In this document: piece after piece, positions 52,698 to 62,019 of the stretch
Numbering within the stretch: the first letter of the stretch is position 1
Layout: every line of letters starts with the position of its first letter
Source: a virus
Direction: 5' to 3' (one strand)
DNA length: 64,000 bases
Virus record (IMG/VR): IMGVR_UViG_3300042317_001497
Notes under the pieces: generated by a model
Told to the model about the DNA's origin: nothing
Database searches by the model: none
Seen by the model: only the letters and a program-made list of their open reading frames with translations
Made by a program: the position numbers and the translations under genes

Positions 52698-55600
52698 ATG
52701 CCAACGCCAACACCAACGCCAACACCCACCAGCACCCCTACTGAATGTGTTTTGAATCCCCTTACACAAGGATTGCTACCTAGAATCTCTAGTGTATCAT
52801 GTTCTAATGATGGGACAAAAATTCTAATTGCAGCTGCAACAATCTATCAGCCAGCAATATCTTTGAGTAATGATGGTGGTTTATCATGGCAGGATAAATC
52901 TTTCTCAGAACTCACCTCTATTAATAGTTCTTGTATATCAAAAGATGGCAGTACTATTTTAGGTATATTTACTTCTTCCAATAATAGTAATTGGAAAATT
53001 TATACTTCTTTGGATTTAGGAGACTCTTGGGCTTTAAAAGTATCATTACCACCAGGCTATAGTCCAGCCTGTAATGAAGGTAAAAATTCATTATGCTCTT
53101 CTCATTATGGAAATAATTTATATTGTTTATTTCGAGAGAGTACTGTCAATTATACTAATTACATATTGTATCAAAGTAGAGATAGTGGTGAGACATGGAC
53201 TACAACAACTATTTTAGGTGGTGGTAGCGGTATTCCTAATAGCGATGTTGGTAGTATATGTTGTTCTGCTGATGGTAATAAACTATTAATAACTTCATAT
53301 AATAAAGTATTTATAGGCACTTATAATGGAACCAATTTTAATTGGATCAATATAACATTAAACGATGTTGACAATACTGAAAGATTACAAGGATGCTGTA
53401 TATCTGCTGATGGTAGTAAAATGATGGTTTCTATAAGAGAACGATTTAAGCTTGGTAATAATGATCGTGGATCTTATATAAGTATTAATAGCGGACTAAC
53501 ATGGACACCTATAACAAATAGTCCGGTACCATCTGCTTCAGAATTAGTCTGTTCTGATAATTTCGAAACAATATTTGGAGTATCAGCTATTTATACGGGA
53601 CTGGGTTATATTAGTAGAGATTATGGAAATACATTTTCTAGTATTTTGTTTATTACGAGTCCAATGTTTAATAGCGTATTTATATCTTCCGATATAACTG
53701 GTGCTCATATAATTTATTTAGGAGTGAATAATTATAATGATGGAAACTATGAGACAGGGAGAGGTATTTACAGAATAGATTGTGCAGAAACAACGCCAGG
53801 ACCGACTCCTATCAGAATCACATCTACACCCACAGCAAGTCCAACCCCAACCCCAACCCCAACTCCAACTCGAACTCCAACCGAGACTCCAACCGGGACT
53901 CCAACTCCAACCCCTACCAACACCCCAACTTCAACCCCAACCCAGACGCCAACAAATACCTCTAGCCCCAGACCCACTGGGCCGTTATGTAGAAAATCTT
54001 CGTATACAATAACATTGAATGATTTAACCTCGTGTAAATTATATAGTGTAAGTTTACAGGCTAGTTATGAAAATACTCAACTGGATATTTATCCTAATGT
54101 ATTATCTTTTAAAGCTTCTGCTAATACTCAAACTATACCAGTTATTGTAGACACTAATAATGTGGATGATGCATCATATTTTATACTAGAGACAACTCTT
54201 ACAGATAGTTCTTGCGATACTCCAAAGATTAGAAATGATGTTTTGTGGTACGAGGGATGCAATAAAACTCATCAACCAACAAGTACACAAACCCCAACGC
54301 CAACTCCTACGCCGTTTGGACCAACTCCTACGCCGTTTGGACCAACACCAACGCCGTTTGGACCAACACCAACTTCTTCGTCTGAAGGAAATGAAGAAAC
54401 AGTCCATCTATCTTTTTGTTGTCCAACCCCTCCACCAACACCAAGTTATCCTCCGTGTTGCGACTGGAACGGAGAAGGATTTATTAAAATTTCTACCATA
54501 GACTGTGATAAATTTATAGCATTAACTTTTACTAAAATTAGTAATTATGTATGGATTTCTAATAATAAAACAGTTTGTGGAGATGATATAGAATTAACAG
54601 TAGCTTGCGATCCAAATATCATATATAATGGTTTATTATCATGTTCATCTAAATGGAAAATAATTAATATGAATCTACCATGCGCTACTAATTTAAGATT
54701 AACTGGGATAACACAAGCTTGTGGTTGTAATTTAGCTCCTGTTTGGTCGTTTACTGCTGATGATATAAGCGATTGTAAGTGTTGTGGTCCTACACCCACA
54801 CCAACAAATACTTCTACTCCAACGCCCACTCCAACGCCAACCTCTACACCAACAGATACTCCTACTCCTACTCCTACCCAAACAAGAAGTCCAACTCCTA
54901 CTCAAACCAGAACCCCAACCCCAACCCCAACAATGAATATAACTTATGCAAACTTTGGTGGTTATGCTATTTGGGACGGCCTTCCTAATCTGACTAGTGT
55001 TGGTACTAACGGAGGTCCTAGCTTTTATGGTACTTATGATCAAAGCGGAAACGTTTTTAACTGGAATGATGCAGATGGAACTCTGTCGAGTCTAAGAGGT
55101 GCTCGTGGAGGATCTTATGGACAAGCTGAATACCAGATGACTGGATTTTATACAGCAAATAATGCTGGGGCAGTAGGTCCACCAACCAATTTTCACGCTT
55201 ATGAATATGGATTCCGTATAGCATCATCCGTATTAAACCCAGATGATCTGCCTAATTTTGTGATGGTTGGAGATATAAACAATCCCGCAGATAGTAGACC
55301 GGCACCATTAGGATGGCAAGAAGGAGTGAATACGGGCAGAGGTAGTGTGTCATACATTTATTCTATCAATAAATATTCTGTTACTAATAATGAATATGTT
55401 GAGTTTTTAAACTCCGTTGCGACAACCGATATTTATGGATTATATAATATATTTATGAGCAATGTAAGAGGAGGTATAGAGAGATCGGGTACGGATGGAA
55501 GTTATGTCTATACTACAAAAATAAATTATGGAAATAAACCGGTTTGCTTGGTGAGTTGGTTCGACTGTGCTAGATATTGTAATTGGCTGCATAATGGTAA

Positions 55601-55871
55601 ACCCTCTGGAAGTCAAAATAATAGCACTACTGAAGATGGAGCCTATACTCTAGACGGTAGAATTACCGGAGATGCTTTAGTCAAGAATTCCGGAGCAAAG
55701 TATCATATGCCCACAGAAGACGAGTGGTACAAAGCGGCATATTATACTTCTAACAAAAACGGAAGCGGTCCTGGGTACTGGACCTATGCTACTCAGAGTG
55801 ACGATATGCCATTAAGGGTGACAGCTAGTCTTGTAGGAGATGGTCCTTTTCCAACCCCAACTCCGGTATGA
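52698..55871 (+). CDS. modular surface/fibre protein: Asp-box propeller, PT linkers, 12-Cys domain, permuted FGE-sulfatase domain
   Basis: five SxDxGxTW-type boxes; long PT runs; CCDW domain; [17 protein letters not shown] preceding the [22 protein letters not shown] half. Confidence 0.8.
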   Translation: MPTPTPTPTPTSTPTECVLNPLTQGLLPRISSVSCSNDGTKILIAAATIYQPAISLSNDGGLSWQDKSFSELTSINSSCISKDGSTILGIFTSSNNSNWKIYTSLDLGDSWALKVSLPPGYSPACNEGKNSLCSSHYGNNLYCLFRESTVNYTNYILYQSRDSGETWTTTTILGGGSGIPNSDVGSICCSADGNKLLITSYNKVFIGTYNGTNFNWINITLNDVDNTERLQGCCISADGSKMMVSIRERFKLGNNDRGSYISINSGLTWTPITNSPVPSASELVCSDNFETIFGVSAIYTGLGYISRDYGNTFSSILFITSPMFNSVFISSDITGAHIIYLGVNNYNDGNYETGRGIYRIDCAETTPGPTPIRITSTPTASPTPTPTPTPTRTPTETPTGTPTPTPTNTPTSTPTQTPTNTSSPRPTGPLCRKSSYTITLNDLTSCKLYSVSLQASYENTQLDIYPNVLSFKASANTQTIPVIVDTNNVDDASYFILETTLTDSSCDTPKIRNDVLWYEGCNKTHQPTSTQTPTPTPTPFGPTPTPFGPTPTPFGPTPTSSSEGNEETVHLSFCCPTPPPTPSYPPCCDWNGEGFIKISTIDCDKFIALTFTKISNYVWISNNKTVCGDDIELTVACDPNIIYNGLLSCSSKWKIINMNLPCATNLRLTGITQACGCNLAPVWSFTADDISDCKCCGPTPTPTNTSTPTPTPTPTSTPTDTPTPTPTQTRSPTPTQTRTPTPTPTMNITYANFGGYAIWDGLPNLTSVGTNGGPSFYGTYDQSGNVFNWNDADGTLSSLRGARGGSYGQAEYQMTGFYTANNAGAVGPPTNFHAYEYGFRIASSVLNPDDLPNFVMVGDINNPADSRPAPLGWQEGVNTGRGSVSYIYSINKYSVTNNEYVEFLNSVATTDIYGLYNIFMSNVRGGIERSGTDGSYVYTTKINYGNKPVCLVSWFDCARYCNWLHNGKPSGSQNNSTTEDGAYTLDGRITGDALVKNSGAKYHMPTEDEWYKAAYYTSNKNGSGPGYWTYATQSDDMPLRVTASLVGDGPFPTPTPV
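54300..54362 (+). repeat. 3 x 21-bp tandem repeat (PTPTPFG)
   Basis: CCAACTCCTACGCCGTTTGGA twice plus one variant. Confidence 0.85.
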
Positions 55872-55886
55872 TAGAGATGCTTTAAT

Positions 55887-58800
55887 ATGACTAAAATAAT
55901 ATCAATTTGTTGCCCAACACCTACTCCTCCCCCTCCCCCACCTCCTTGTTGTGATTGGGACGGCAAAGGTTTTATAGAATTAAATATAGACCAATGTAGT
56001 AAATTAATACCAATAACTTTTACTAAAATTAGTAATTATATATGGACTTTTAATGGTCCAATAGACTGTGGAGATAATTTAGAATTTACAATAGCTTGTG
56101 ATAACTCTATACCATATACAAATGCTTTTTCGTGTGAATTAAAATGGAGAATTATTAAATTAAAGTTTCCTTGCGCTCTTAATGCTATTCTTACAGGCAT
56201 ATCTGTAGCTTGTAATTGTAATATGGCTCCAGTATGGTCCTTTATGGCTACGGATAATATAGACTGCAAATGCTGCTCCATAACACCTACGCCAACACCA
56301 ACCCCAACGCCAACTCAGACTTCAACGCCAACTCAGACTTACACACCAACATCAACGCCCACCAGAACGCCCACTCCTACCCCAAGCCCAACAGAAACAC
56401 CAACTTCTACGCCAACCCCAACCCCAACTTCTACGCCAACAGAAACCCCAACACCAACTTCTACGCCGACCGAAACTCCAACGCCAACACCACCAAACTG
56501 TTGTGAATGGGACGGTAATGGTTGGCTTCGTTTCAATACAGAAAATTGTAATGGTTTAATGCCAATTACTTATACAAAAACTAATAATTATACATGGACA
56601 GCTAATGGAACATTAGATTGCGGAGATTCATATAATACTACTGTTACTTGTGACCCTAATATACTCTTTACTGGACCAGAATCTTGCGCTAGCAAATGGT
56701 CGTATGAACTCAGTATTGGATGTGTACCTGATCTAGTTATTACTGGTATAATAACAGACTGTTCATGTAATACTCCTCCTATTTGGGGTTTTACAGGTAA
56801 TCTTGAAGATTGTGATTGTTGTAAGAAATTTGATTGCGTAGAAGGATTAGCTGAGAATGGAGGAGGATGCTTTAAAATTCCAGATGGAGATTTGGATAAC
56901 TGTGACGATTGCGTTGAAAGATGGACATTGTGTAATCCAGAAACCGGTTCTGTATTTATAGGATTTAGTTCTGATACGTCTTTACCAACTAGTCAGCAAG
57001 ACTGTCCAACCCCAACGCCAACCCCAACGCCAACCCCAACAGAAACACCAACGCCAACCCCAACAGAAACACCAACGCCAACCCCAACAGAGACACCAAC
57101 GCCAACCCCAACAGAAACACCAACAGAGACACCAACGCCAACCCCAACAGAGACACCAACACCAACACCAACACCAACAGGCAATCTAAGAAACACTGGA
57201 TGTTTAGAAAATGGTATTCCTGGCAATTCTGCAGTAGGCTGCGCTGAAGCTTATGTGGACGATTCAGACACTGAACAATTATCACTATATCCAGAAAGCG
57301 GACCATGCGACCCAGAATGCGTAATAAGAAATACAGGCTGCGTTGCTCAAGGATTAAATAGTCTGGGAGAAGATGATACCGAGGTTTGTGAATCCCTATA
57401 CACAGTCGATAGCACAACCTATCCCGTGCTAGGCACATGCGAAGAAAATTCTACAAATTTAGGAGCATCAGAATGTAGCAAAATATACAATTGTGATAAT
57501 GCTTCTGGCAAAACATGGAGCAGATGGGGTTCGACTAGTTCGTATGCGGAAACTGAATATGGTTTCAGTGACGAAAATGCAGTTGATCAATGTGAACTGT
57601 ATTTCGCATGTTTTTATACAGCGGGGTGTACAGACTATGGATATAGGTTGAGCGGGGGATCTGCTTGGGAATCGGGTACTCCCGGCGAAGGTCAGGAGAC
57701 AGAAATATTGCCGGGAACATGTTCAACTGGATCACCGGCTGGTCCAAATTATGATGACCACTACGTGCCTGGTCCCCATACACTTTATTGTGTAAGCGAT
57801 AACTGGTGTAATAAGGCAACATTGATACCCGAAGAAGGCGAAACAAGTCCCGTCTATCAATACCTCACCCAGCTTGGATGCGTACAAGGATATCACCGTA
57901 TAATGCTCTGGCCGTCCTCTAGGGTGCCGCCAAACGGCGATCAGGCTGCTTTCGGCTCTTTTGGCCAAATAGGGTCTTACACTTCTGCAATAGAAAATTC
58001 GTGCGATGATGGCAAATGCAAATTAAGAAATACTGGATGTGTAGAAGCCGGATTGGTGCCGCATCCAACATTGATACGCAATGATGGTGTTGTTGTGCCG
58101 CCGAACGATGTGGCCGGTTGTGATGAAGCTTATATAGATGATTTAGACGCTGAAGGATTATCGGCATATCCCAATGTTGGCCCTTGCCCAACAGACTGCA
58201 ATAGCATTTGGAGTTGCGATCCAAGCACCGGACCGGTTTTCCTGAGATACAGCACTAGTCCGCCGGACAGTTCTTTGGATGAGTACACTGAAGATCAAAT
58301 AAACGACCCCGAAACGGGCTGCATACCACGAAACACCGGATGTGTTGCTGGGGGCGTAGAAGATCCCCTTAATCCCGGCGTGACTGTAGGATGCTACTCA
58401 AGATACAGCACGGATACAATAACTTATCCCGAAACAGATTCGTGCGACCCAGAATGTGTAATGAGAAGCACAGGATGTGTTCCTCAAGGATTAAATGGTC
58501 TGGGAGAAGACGATACTCAAGTTTGTACTTCTATGTATACCACTGATATTTCCAATTATCCGTTCCCAGGGGATTGCAATAGTTACTACAGCAATTACGG
58601 AGAATGCACAAAGATATACAATTGTGATAATGCTTCTGGCAAAACATGGAGCAGATGGGGACTTGCCAATTCTTATTCTGCTACGGAATATGACGGGAAT
58701 TCTCCTTCTTGTATTGAATTTTTTACCTGTAGCCCTTCTGGCTGTACTGATAATGGATACAAATTTTCGACCTTTATCCCCGATTATCAAATGGGATCAA

Positions 58801-60800
58801 CAACACTTCCGGGCAATTGTGCAGATGGGAACCCGTCTCCTCCAGGCGGCGCCGCTGGGTATAAATGTGAGCACATGTATTTCTGTTACCCAGGACAGCC
58901 TTGCTCAGACCAAGGTTACTATGTACTTTCCGGAGGAATTACAGGTACGAACCCCGATATTGCAATAGTAGGCTTTTGTTCTGATAATGCTTGTAATTTA
59001 AGAAATACCGGATGTTTAGAAAACGGCATTCCAGACAATCCTCAAATAGGTTGCGCACAAGCTTATATAGATGACTCAAATAGCGCCGGATTATTAACAT
59101 ATCCAGAAAGCGGACCATGCGACGAAGCCTGTTTAGATCGCTGGACAAACTGCGAAGTTGAAACCGGTTCTACTAATGTCGGATTTAGTACCAACACCAG
59201 TTTGCCGACTAGCCAAGTAGCTGACTGTGCTGATCGCTGGACAAATTGTGAAGTTGAGACAGGCTCTACTAACATTGGCTATAGTACCGATACGAGCTTG
59301 CCAACTAGTCAGCAAGACTGTCCAACCCCAACCCCAACAGAAACACCAACGCCAACCCCAACGCCAACACCCACAGAAACTCCAACGCCAACCCCAACGC
59401 CAACAGGTTCATTATTAATTAATCAAAATGATAGTATTATTATAGAACCAACACAGAATACTATTAATATTAGATATAGTGGAGGACCAGATACTACAGC
59501 TTCACTAAGTACCAACGATGTATTATTTTCTATTGGAGATATAGGTGGTAATTTTGTATTTGATATTGGAGGACCACAAGAATATACATTTACTACTATT
59601 AATGAAACTCACCAATTTGTAGCAAATGGAGTGATTTTTATCGTAACATACAAAGGAACTGGAAGTCAATTATTTGATATAGATTTTGTTTTTAATCCAA
59701 CAGCAACTCCAACTCCAACAGCAACTCCAACTCCAACACCATCTCTTAATTGGCAAACATTTGGCTCGTCATACTGGTCTGCCTATCAGTCTAGCATAAA
59801 CTCTACTATTAGCACAGCTGTTGTTAATGATACATTGTCTAATGCTAGCGGATCATATCCTGGCAATAATGCTTTTATAGGAGGAGTATTGCTATCAGAC
59901 GGAACAGTATTTAGCGTTCCATTCAATAGCACATCAGCCAGACTATATAATCCTACCACAGATACTACTTCTGTTCCTGCTGGTAGCTATCCTGGTAACG
60001 GAGCATACAACGGAGGAGTATTACTCTTAGACGGCACAGTATTTTGTATTCCAAGAGAATCTACTACAGCGCGTATTTATAATCCATCTACGGATACTAC
60101 AACTACTCCTAGCGGTTCCTATCCTGGTAGTACAGCATTTTTTGGAGGAGTACTATTACCAGACGGACGAGTATTTATTGTACCTAACAATAGCACAACT
60201 GCTAGAATTTACGACCCAGCAACAAACACACTATCAACACCAGTAGGAACATATGCTGGCAACGGAGCGTTTAGAGGAGCAGTATTACTACCAGACGGAC
60301 GAGTATTCTTAGTTCCTAGCGTTAGTACCAGCGCCAGAATTTATGACCCAGTAACCAACACACTAACTACTCCTAGCGGTTCATATCCTGGAGGAAACGC
60401 TTTCCGTAGTGCAGTATTATTAGCTGATGGAACAGTATTTTGCATACCATCTAATAGTACAACTTCTCGCATATACAACCCTGTTACTGATACAGTATCT
60501 ACTCCAAACGGATCATATGCTGGCAACAGCGCATTTAACGGAGGAGTTTTGCTACCTAATGGTAAAGTATACTGCATACCATATAACAGTACCACCGCTA
60601 GAGTTTATGATCCAGTAACTAACACGTTAGCGACCCCATCCGGTACAAATTCTGGAATAAATATTTTTGCTGGCGGTGTGGTCATGTTTAACGGTAAAGT
60701 TTTCCATGTTCCAAATTCTAGCACCATAGCTAAATTATACGGAGGTAATAACGGATTTGATCCCAATATTAGTTTATCGTCATATTATAACAAATATTAA
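55887..60800 (+). CDS. giant (1637 aa) modular surface/fibre protein
   Basis: two 12-Cys domains, PT/TE linkers, repeated RNTGC and [17 protein letters not shown] modules, C-terminal 7 x 44-aa propeller. Confidence 0.8.
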   Translation: MTKIISICCPTPTPPPPPPPCCDWDGKGFIELNIDQCSKLIPITFTKISNYIWTFNGPIDCGDNLEFTIACDNSIPYTNAFSCELKWRIIKLKFPCALNAILTGISVACNCNMAPVWSFMATDNIDCKCCSITPTPTPTPTPTQTSTPTQTYTPTSTPTRTPTPTPSPTETPTSTPTPTPTSTPTETPTPTSTPTETPTPTPPNCCEWDGNGWLRFNTENCNGLMPITYTKTNNYTWTANGTLDCGDSYNTTVTCDPNILFTGPESCASKWSYELSIGCVPDLVITGIITDCSCNTPPIWGFTGNLEDCDCCKKFDCVEGLAENGGGCFKIPDGDLDNCDDCVERWTLCNPETGSVFIGFSSDTSLPTSQQDCPTPTPTPTPTPTETPTPTPTETPTPTPTETPTPTPTETPTETPTPTPTETPTPTPTPTGNLRNTGCLENGIPGNSAVGCAEAYVDDSDTEQLSLYPESGPCDPECVIRNTGCVAQGLNSLGEDDTEVCESLYTVDSTTYPVLGTCEENSTNLGASECSKIYNCDNASGKTWSRWGSTSSYAETEYGFSDENAVDQCELYFACFYTAGCTDYGYRLSGGSAWESGTPGEGQETEILPGTCSTGSPAGPNYDDHYVPGPHTLYCVSDNWCNKATLIPEEGETSPVYQYLTQLGCVQGYHRIMLWPSSRVPPNGDQAAFGSFGQIGSYTSAIENSCDDGKCKLRNTGCVEAGLVPHPTLIRNDGVVVPPNDVAGCDEAYIDDLDAEGLSAYPNVGPCPTDCNSIWSCDPSTGPVFLRYSTSPPDSSLDEYTEDQINDPETGCIPRNTGCVAGGVEDPLNPGVTVGCYSRYSTDTITYPETDSCDPECVMRSTGCVPQGLNGLGEDDTQVCTSMYTTDISNYPFPGDCNSYYSNYGECTKIYNCDNASGKTWSRWGLANSYSATEYDGNSPSCIEFFTCSPSGCTDNGYKFSTFIPDYQMGSTTLPGNCADGNPSPPGGAAGYKCEHMYFCYPGQPCSDQGYYVLSGGITGTNPDIAIVGFCSDNACNLRNTGCLENGIPDNPQIGCAQAYIDDSNSAGLLTYPESGPCDEACLDRWTNCEVETGSTNVGFSTNTSLPTSQVADCADRWTNCEVETGSTNIGYSTDTSLPTSQQDCPTPTPTETPTPTPTPTPTETPTPTPTPTGSLLINQNDSIIIEPTQNTINIRYSGGPDTTASLSTNDVLFSIGDIGGNFVFDIGGPQEYTFTTINETHQFVANGVIFIVTYKGTGSQLFDIDFVFNPTATPTPTATPTPTPSLNWQTFGSSYWSAYQSSINSTISTAVVNDTLSNASGSYPGNNAFIGGVLLSDGTVFSVPFNSTSARLYNPTTDTTSVPAGSYPGNGAYNGGVLLLDGTVFCIPRESTTARIYNPSTDTTTTPSGSYPGSTAFFGGVLLPDGRVFIVPNNSTTARIYDPATNTLSTPVGTYAGNGAFRGAVLLPDGRVFLVPSVSTSARIYDPVTNTLTTPSGSYPGGNAFRSAVLLADGTVFCIPSNSTTSRIYNPVTDTVSTPNGSYAGNSAFNGGVLLPNGKVYCIPYNSTTARVYDPVTNTLATPSGTNSGINIFAGGVVMFNGKVFHVPNSSTIAKLYGGNNGFDPNISLSSYYNKY
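57005..57178 (+). repeat. tandem PT/PTET-coding repeats
   Basis: repeated CCAACGCCAACCCCAACAGA(A/G)ACA units. Confidence 0.85.
59880..60745 (+). repeat. seven 132-bp (44-aa) beta-propeller blade repeats
   Basis: [29 protein letters not shown]..PxGSYxG unit; starts at 59880 and 60012. Confidence 0.85.
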
Positions 60801-60879
60801 TCTTCTCTATAATAGGCTAAATTATACATTGGTGTATCATAATATATCCTGATATTCTCATTATTATAGGAGCATATTT

Positions 60880-61101
60880 ATGTCTCGTCCTTTTACTGAT
60901 ATACAAAGAATAAATAGTAGTCAACCTATTAAAAATGGTTCAACTACCACTACTACATCATTTACCGGTAAATATAATACTTTAAATACTTATACAAAAA
61001 ATACCCCTACTATTAATACTATTTCTAGTAAATATGGAGATAGATTCTATAATGGTATATTTGTTGAATTAGTGGGCGACTCTTCAGTTATTGGAGGTTG
61101 A
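60880..61101 (+). CDS. hypothetical protein
   Basis: AGGAG RBS, 73 aa. Confidence 0.6.
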   Translation: MSRPFTDIQRINSSQPIKNGSTTTTTSFTGKYNTLNTYTKNTPTINTISSKYGDRFYNGIFVELVGDSSVIGG

Positions 61102-61673
61102 TCATGAGTATTAAAAGATTAAAAGATTTTCCATCAGCTAGTACTGGCGGCCTAAGTGATGATGATATTTTTCTTATGATGGATGATCCTTCTGGATCTG
61201 GTATTACACAAAAAGTTTCATTGTCAACATTATCAAGCGTATTAACAAATACATCTTTAGTAGCTGGATCAGGAATAGCTTTAACTTATAACAATAATAA
61301 TAATTCGTTATCTATTAATGCTACTGGTACAGCAGTAGGCGGAAGTGGTTCAACAACTGTTGTAGATTTATCATATTCATCAACAATAAATACTAATGCT
61401 AGTACTGGAGATATATTTGACGTAACTCTTACTGGAAATACTACACTAGCTAATCCTACTAATCCTGTTAATGGCAAAACATTGCGTTGGAGAATAACCC
61501 AAGATGGTACGGGGAATTGGGCAGTAACACTTGGAAACAAATTTAACATTCCAAGCACCGCCACCTCTCCGCTTCCGTTCAGTACGGCAGCAAACAAGAT
61601 GGACGTTTTAGCGGCCACATATCATTCTGGTCGAGATAAGTGGGATGTTGTTGCTTTTGTTCCTGGCTACTAA
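61098..61673 (+). CDS. tail fibre-like protein
   Basis: VTLTGNTTLANPTN..G...ITQDGTG..VT..STAANKMDVL C-terminal module typical of phage fibres. Confidence 0.65.
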   Translation: MIMSIKRLKDFPSASTGGLSDDDIFLMMDDPSGSGITQKVSLSTLSSVLTNTSLVAGSGIALTYNNNNNSLSINATGTAVGGSGSTTVVDLSYSSTINTNASTGDIFDVTLTGNTTLANPTNPVNGKTLRWRITQDGTGNWAVTLGNKFNIPSTATSPLPFSTAANKMDVLAATYHSGRDKWDVVAFVPGY

Positions 61674-61701
61674 TAATTTAATTTAAGGAGATATATTTAT
61701 T

Positions 61702-62010
61702 ATGAATCTTACAAATCCTATCACTATCACACCACCTCCAATTACTAAAAAAGATGGTAGTGTTAAAACTTTCAATCCTATAGTTTTAAATGAACTTGAT
61801 ATTACTATTATTGATAATAGTAAAAAGAAAAGAGTTGTTGTACAAATCCACCCGTGTCCTAGACCACTAGAGCTATGGACAAAAGAAACCTATGATAGTG
61901 TTGGTGATTATACTCAAAATCAAGTTGAAGCTAGAATTTTAGAACTTTTAGGAAACGATCCTAAAAATACACTAGAAAATTTATTTCTTCACTCTTTAAA
62001 GAAGAGCTAA
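61702..62010 (+). CDS. hypothetical protein (possible fibre chaperone)
   Basis: AGGAG RBS; lies between fibre-like genes. Confidence 0.6.
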   Translation: MNLTNPITITPPPITKKDGSVKTFNPIVLNELDITIIDNSKKKRVVVQIHPCPRPLELWTKETYDSVGDYTQNQVEARILELLGNDPKNTLENLFLHSLKKS

Positions 62011-62019
62011 TATAAAAAT

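Noticed and set aside
53768-59418. Antisense and alternate-frame ORFs rich in VG or QP (e.g. 53768..53977, 53782..54012, 56339..56536, 56993..57226, 59227..59418)
   Set aside because: They are shadows of the Pro/Thr repeats in the real genes and have no RBS or independent signal
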